From: a virus
Taxonomy: Duplodnaviria > Caudoviricetes
Reading direction: 5' to 3' (one strand)
IMG/VR virus record: IMGVR_UViG_3300040807_003040
Coordinates: 1 to 38,963 of that record
DNA: 38,963 nucleotides
Positions 35,285-38,963 of the stretch are shown here, in pieces (positions within the stretch are counted from its first letter, which is position 1; each line of letters opens with the position of its first letter). The position numbers and the translations under genes were made by a program. Under the pieces are notes generated by a model. That model had not been told where the DNA came from and did no database searches. It worked only from the letters and a program-made list of their open reading frames with translations.

Positions 35285-35352
35285 CGACGGACAATAAAGA
35301 ACGCCCCCCGCCGCGGGGTAAGCGGTGGGGGGCGCAGGAGATAGACACTGCC

Positions 35353-37329
35353 ATGTCAGGTGACCAAACCCAACACGGATCCCCTACCACAACGACAGAC
35401 GGGGATCAAGCCCTGTTAGCCCTCCGCGCCCTCGTGGAGTGTGCGACGCATCACCCGGATCGGGTGGAGGCGTGGCGGGACTGGCTGGACCGGATCCCCC
35501 TCGGAGACGGCGCAGCCCTCGTGGGCGTCCGGGAGGCGGACGTCCTCCTGGAGCGGCTCGCGTCCGTGCCTGGATACGCCTCCAGGGCCGCCGCCGCGCG
35601 CCGGATCCTCAGGAGCTACCACGAGGCGGGGCCGAGGATCCGCGTCGTCCAAGGGGGCGCTGAGGCGCCCTCCGTGTCCCTCTCGGAGAGGATGGTCTCC
35701 GAGGGCTACCACGACGCCCCGGACGGCCTCGTGGTCCCGGACGGCTACCGCCTCCGCGGAGGGGAGATCGTCCGCGTGACATCCGAGGACCGGGAGGACG
35801 TGACGGTCTCCGAGCGCCCGATCGCGATCGTGGGACGCGCCACGGACGCGGAGACCGGGGAGGCATCCGTCTCCGTGGCGTGGCGATACGAGGGCCGGTG
35901 GATCGCGGAGACCGTGAGCCGGTACACCGTGGCGGACGCGCGCGCCCTCGTGGCCCTCTCACGCCGCGGGGCGCCGGTGGACTCCACCACCGCCTCCGAG
36001 GTGGTCCGGTGGCTCAGACGACAGGAGAGCGCCGCCCACGGCCTCCCCTCCGTGGCGTCCATGGAGAGACTAGGCTGGACCCCGGACGGGACCGGGTACC
36101 TATGGGGTACCCAGTCAATCGGGCGCCCGGTCCACCTCGTGGCCCCGGGTGAGGGGGAGCGGTCCCGGGCCGCCGGGTACCGCGCGCGCGGGACCCTGGA
36201 GGGATGGATCCGGGACGTGTGGACGCCCTCCCGGGATCAGCCGGCGGGGCTCGTGATCCTGGCCGCCGTGACGGCCCCGCTTGTCCACGTCCTGGACGGC
36301 CCCGGGTGGACGCTGGACATAGGCGGCCCACCGGGGACCGGCAAGTCCGCCGCCCTCAAGGCCGCCCTCTCCGCATGTGGAGACCCGGCGCCGCTATGGC
36401 ACCTCTGGGGGCCGAATTGGGCCGGGGTCCGTAACGCGCTCCAATTCGCCCACAGCGTCCCGTGCGTCCTGGACGATACCAAGCACACCGCCGGGGACTG
36501 GAGCGTGGTCCAGCGGGTGGTCTACACCGCATACGATCGCGCGTCTCAGGCCCTTGGACAGGTGGGCGGAGGGACCCAGCGCGCGCGCCCCGTGAGAACG
36601 ATCGTCCTCTCCACGGGTGAGAGCCGGATCGCGTCTCACTGTGCGGACGCCGGGGGCGCCGCGTCCCGTATGCTCACCCTGGACCGGGCGCCGTGGGCGG
36701 ACATCGAGATCGCCCCGCGGATCCACGATGCCGTCCAGGACCACCACGGCCACCTCCTCCCCCTCGTGGTCCGGTGGCTACTAGACCACCGGGACGACTG
36801 GACGGACCTGAGGACTCAGTGGCGGGAGGTCCACCGGGCGCGGACGATGGGGGAGAGACGGGCGGACGTGATCCGCGTGGCTCAGCTTCCCGCCATGCTA
36901 GAGATCGCGGCCTCCGTCGTCCGGCGCGCCGCGGCCCTGGAGGTCCCCCGGGGCCTCCTCGATCTAGCCTGGACCCTGGCCACCGCGGCGGAGGCTGAGC
37001 GGGACACGGCGGCCACCGCGTGGCGCTGCGTGGAACAATACCGCGCCACGAGGCCGGACAGGTGGGCCGGGGTCTCCGAGGCCCGGACGCCGTACCTGGG
37101 ACTTCAGGCCGCGGCCGTGGTGTACTGGACCCGGGAAGGGCTAGACGAGGCCCTCCGATCGGGGGGCTACTCCGCGGCGGACGTCCTCCCCATGTGGGGC
37201 GCCCGTGGTTGGCTGGAGGCCGCCACGTCCGGGGGGTACCAGGTGAGACGGAAGATCGGAACCACCCGCGCCTGGGTCTACGGCCTGCGCCGAGACCGCG
37301 GGCCGGACGCGGAGGGGGACGCGGACTGA
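35353..37329 (+). CDS. DUF927/Cch-like replicative helicase (P-loop ATPase)
   Basis: RLGW, GTLEGW, GPPGTGKS, VLDDT, LSTGE, GGAASR, HHGH; AGGAG SD before ATG 35353. Confidence 0.85.
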   Translation: MSGDQTQHGSPTTTTDGDQALLALRALVECATHHPDRVEAWRDWLDRIPLGDGAALVGVREADVLLERLASVPGYASRAAAARRILRSYHEAGPRIRVVQGGAEAPSVSLSERMVSEGYHDAPDGLVVPDGYRLRGGEIVRVTSEDREDVTVSERPIAIVGRATDAETGEASVSVAWRYEGRWIAETVSRYTVADARALVALSRRGAPVDSTTASEVVRWLRRQESAAHGLPSVASMERLGWTPDGTGYLWGTQSIGRPVHLVAPGEGERSRAAGYRARGTLEGWIRDVWTPSRDQPAGLVILAAVTAPLVHVLDGPGWTLDIGGPPGTGKSAALKAALSACGDPAPLWHLWGPNWAGVRNALQFAHSVPCVLDDTKHTAGDWSVVQRVVYTAYDRASQALGQVGGGTQRARPVRTIVLSTGESRIASHCADAGGAASRMLTLDRAPWADIEIAPRIHDAVQDHHGHLLPLVVRWLLDHRDDWTDLRTQWREVHRARTMGERRADVIRVAQLPAMLEIAASVVRRAAALEVPRGLLDLAWTLATAAEAERDTAATAWRCVEQYRATRPDRWAGVSEARTPYLGLQAAAVVYWTREGLDEALRSGGYSAADVLPMWGARGWLEAATSGGYQVRRKIGTTRAWVYGLRRDRGPDAEGDAD

Positions 37330-37337
37330 GTGACCCG

Positions 37338-37474
37338 CCACGATCCCCGCGCCGTGGGGATCGTTGGATTTATTTTCGCGTTATGTTGCCTTTATGGTTG
37401 CGCGTTATCTCTGGCCGTGTTCTTATACTTTCACCGGGGGGACGGACCACCCGCCGGAAGGGAGAGACGACATG
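37338..37474 (+). repeat. Cassette regulatory repeat copy 5 with terminator
   Basis: ACGATCCCC/GGGGATCGT stem, T-rich tract, GTTGCGCGTTATC, ACGGACCA-loop hairpin, GGGAGAGACGACATG. Confidence 0.88.
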
Positions 37475-37753
37475 ACCACGACCAACGCCACCTGGACCCG
37501 TGAGAACAACAGCAGCTATCGCGAGGACGGCGCGACATGGACGCTCACCGTCAACGGGCGCCGGATCGGCCACGTGGAGAGCTACCTGGACAATGCGGGA
37601 TCGATGTTGTGTCCTCGGTACGTGGTGACCTGCTACACGGTCTGTATCTATGACACGACCGCGGACGGCCTGGACGAAGAATTCGCAGTCAAGGGACGCA
37701 GCGCCCGGACGGTTCTCGCTGAGGCCAAGCGGTACCTTCTGGCCCGCGCGTGA
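37472..37753 (+). CDS. Hypothetical protein (93 aa), cassette gene
   Basis: Start from repeat copy 5. Confidence 0.75.
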   Translation: MTTTNATWTRENNSSYREDGATWTLTVNGRRIGHVESYLDNAGSMLCPRYVVTCYTVCIYDTTADGLDEEFAVKGRSARTVLAEAKRYLLARA

Positions 37754-37761
37754 GACCAACC

Positions 37762-37899
37762 GCCCACGATCCCCTCCCCGTGGGGATCGTGGGTTTTTTT
37801 TGCGTCTATGTTGCTTTTATTGTTGCGCGTTATCTCACAACGTGTTCTTATGCTTTCACCGGGGGGACGGACCAACCCCCGGACGGGAGAGACGACATG
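37762..37899 (+). repeat. Cassette regulatory repeat copy 6 with terminator
   Basis: CCCACGATCCCC/GGGGATCGTGGG plus T8, TTATTGTTGCGCGTTATC, ACGGACCAA loop, GGGAGAGACGACATG. Confidence 0.9.
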
Positions 37900-38154
37900 A
37901 CCGACGCAACCGCCACCGCCGCCGCCGCCGAAATCATCGAGATCGCCCACAGCCTGGAGGACTGGGCACTGGAGATCGACGGGGACGCGGACGAGGCGCT
38001 CAGCTTGATCGCGATCCGCGGCGCCGTCCTGGAGACCCTGGAGGACATCAAGGCCGTATGGGCCGCCTATGCAGACGGCTACACCGTGCCACGGGACGCC
38101 CTCCGGGTGGCCCACAGCATCCTCCGCGGCCTGGACGCACACACGGCAGCATGA
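37897..38154 (+). CDS. Acidic helical hypothetical protein (85 aa), cassette gene
   Basis: Start from repeat copy 6. Confidence 0.75.
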   Translation: MTDATATAAAAEIIEIAHSLEDWALEIDGDADEALSLIAIRGAVLETLEDIKAVWAAYADGYTVPRDALRVAHSILRGLDAHTAA

Positions 38155-38201
38155 GACCAACCCGGCCCCCACGGGGGCCACAAACGAGGAGAGACGACAT
38201 G
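38155..38201 (+). repeat. Short spacer element (copy b)
   Basis: GACCAACCC GGCCCCC AC GGGGGCC ACAAACGAGGAGAGACGACATG. Confidence 0.75.
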
Positions 38202-38411
38202 CGACGACGCAAGACCAACCCCCCCACCTACCGCCCCGCTGAGGGCGCCCCCCGCGTGGAGGTCCTCCGCGCCGCGTACCTCTGTGGCCGGGACCTCCGC
38301 GCCACGGACCCGCGCGCCAACTGGAGGGACGCCGTGGAGGCGTACCACGCAGGCCAGTCCGCGGAGTGGTCCGGGGACGATCGCGCCGTGGAGGACCTGA
38401 TCCGCCTCTAA
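38199..38411 (+). CDS. Hypothetical protein (70 aa)
   Basis: GAGGAG SD; MRRRKTNPPTY... Confidence 0.65.
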   Translation: MRRRKTNPPTYRPAEGAPRVEVLRAAYLCGRDLRATDPRANWRDAVEAYHAGQSAEWSGDDRAVEDLIRL

Positions 38412-38440
38412 GGCGCCCCCGCCGCCACCGGCCCACGATC

Positions 38441-38571
38441 CCCACCACGGCGGGATCGTGGGTTTTTTTTGCGTCTATGTTGCTTTTATTGTTGCGCGTT
38501 ATCCGTGGCCGTGTGACTATGCTTTCACCGGGGGGCGGGACTGACCACCCGCCCCGGGAGACGACACCATG
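38441..38571 (+). repeat. Cassette regulatory repeat copy 7 with terminator
   Basis: CCCACGATCCC/GGGATCGTGGG plus T8, GCGTCTATGTTGCTTTTATTGTTGCGCGTTATC identical to copy 6, ACTGACCA loop. Confidence 0.9.
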
Positions 38572-38676
38572 ACGACGATCGCCACCGCCCACGCCGCCCT
38601 CACCCGCCTCACGGCGGACCCGTTTGTGGCCGCCCTGGTTCGGATGGCGATCCGCGCCGCGGTGGAGTCCTGCTAA
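38569..38676 (+). CDS. Very small peptide (35 aa), cassette gene
   Basis: Not in ORF track; MTTIATAHAALTRLTADPFVAALVRMAIRAAVESC exactly fills the gap between repeat 7 and spacer c. Confidence 0.55.
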   Translation: MTTIATAHAALTRLTADPFVAALVRMAIRAAVESC

Positions 38677-38715
38677 CCACCGGCCCCGCGGGGCCTCACG
38701 AGGAGAGAGACCATG
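38675..38715 (+). repeat. Short spacer element (copy c)
   Basis: AACCACC GGCCCCGCGGGGCC TCACGAGGAGAGAGACCATG. Confidence 0.75.
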
Positions 38716-38952
38716 ACGATCCACACCCTGACCAACCCGCGCGCCACCTCCTCCGGGGACGTCCACCGCGTCCACTACGTGATCACGGGGGACCGCGCGA
38801 TCGTCGTCCTGGAGGATACCATGATGGACCGGGCCACACCGGCCACCCTGGAGGCCGCGCGCGCGGACTACCGGGAGCGCCTCCGCCGGGGCCACCGGCC
38901 CACGGAGACCTCACCACAGGCGCGCCGCCGCCTCAGCCGTGACCTGACCTAA
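38713..38952 (+). CDS. Hypothetical protein (79 aa)
   Basis: GAGGAG SD; in ORF track. Confidence 0.7.
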   Translation: MTIHTLTNPRATSSGDVHRVHYVITGDRAIVVLEDTMMDRATPATLEAARADYRERLRRGHRPTETSPQARRRLSRDLT

Positions 38953-38963
38953 CCACCCCGGCC

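Noticed and set aside
25494-37874. CsrA/RsmA sites in leader loops (ACGGA)
   Set aside because: GGA is present in only three of seven loops; the conserved part is GACCA.
37338-38715. CRISPR array suggested by repeats plus a Cas4-like gene
   Set aside because: Repeats are ~130-140 bp regulatory units separated by whole ORFs, not 23-50 bp repeats with uniform spacers; no cas1 or cas2.
1-38963. tRNA, rRNA, integrase, transposase, reverse transcriptase or diversity-generating retroelement
   Set aside because: No cloverleaf-sized gaps with tRNA boxes, no catalytic motifs for these enzymes, and no adenine-specific TR/VR pair seen; a tRNAscan and HMM search would be needed to exclude them formally.

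Overview
High-GC tailed-phage (Caudoviricetes) DNA that looks like a complete or nearly complete ~39 kb genome with a short contractile tail. Gene order on +: TerS-like HTH, wHTH, portal with two extra C-terminal domains, MuF head protein with an ADP-ribosyltransferase-like tail, lysis cassette (amidase plus membrane proteins), protease/scaffold, decoration protein, major capsid, neck, sheath, tube, frameshifted chaperone, tape measure, baseplate and fibre, Cas4/RecB-like nuclease. An inverted island on - carries the large terminase and an XRE regulator. Back on +: Gp3/RDF-like protein, two DNA methyltransferases (one encoded in two overlapping frames), SF2 helicase, primase-type zinc finger, DUF927/Cch-like helicase, and small orphan genes. 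No integrase, tRNA or CRISPR array was seen. Most notable: (1) seven copies of a terminator-promoter-GACCA hairpin-RBS element that each front an unrelated small gene, resembling a shuffleable cassette system; (2) R-A-D motifs concentrated at domain junctions of head proteins, suggesting protease-released capsid cargo; (3) TerL displaced about 26 kb and inverted, next to GTTAG-N6-CTAAC operator-like sites; (4) strong apparent avoidance of S-AGCT-S, S-TCGA-S and S-TGCA-S hexamers. Family names come from recalled motifs and synteny, not from database searches.
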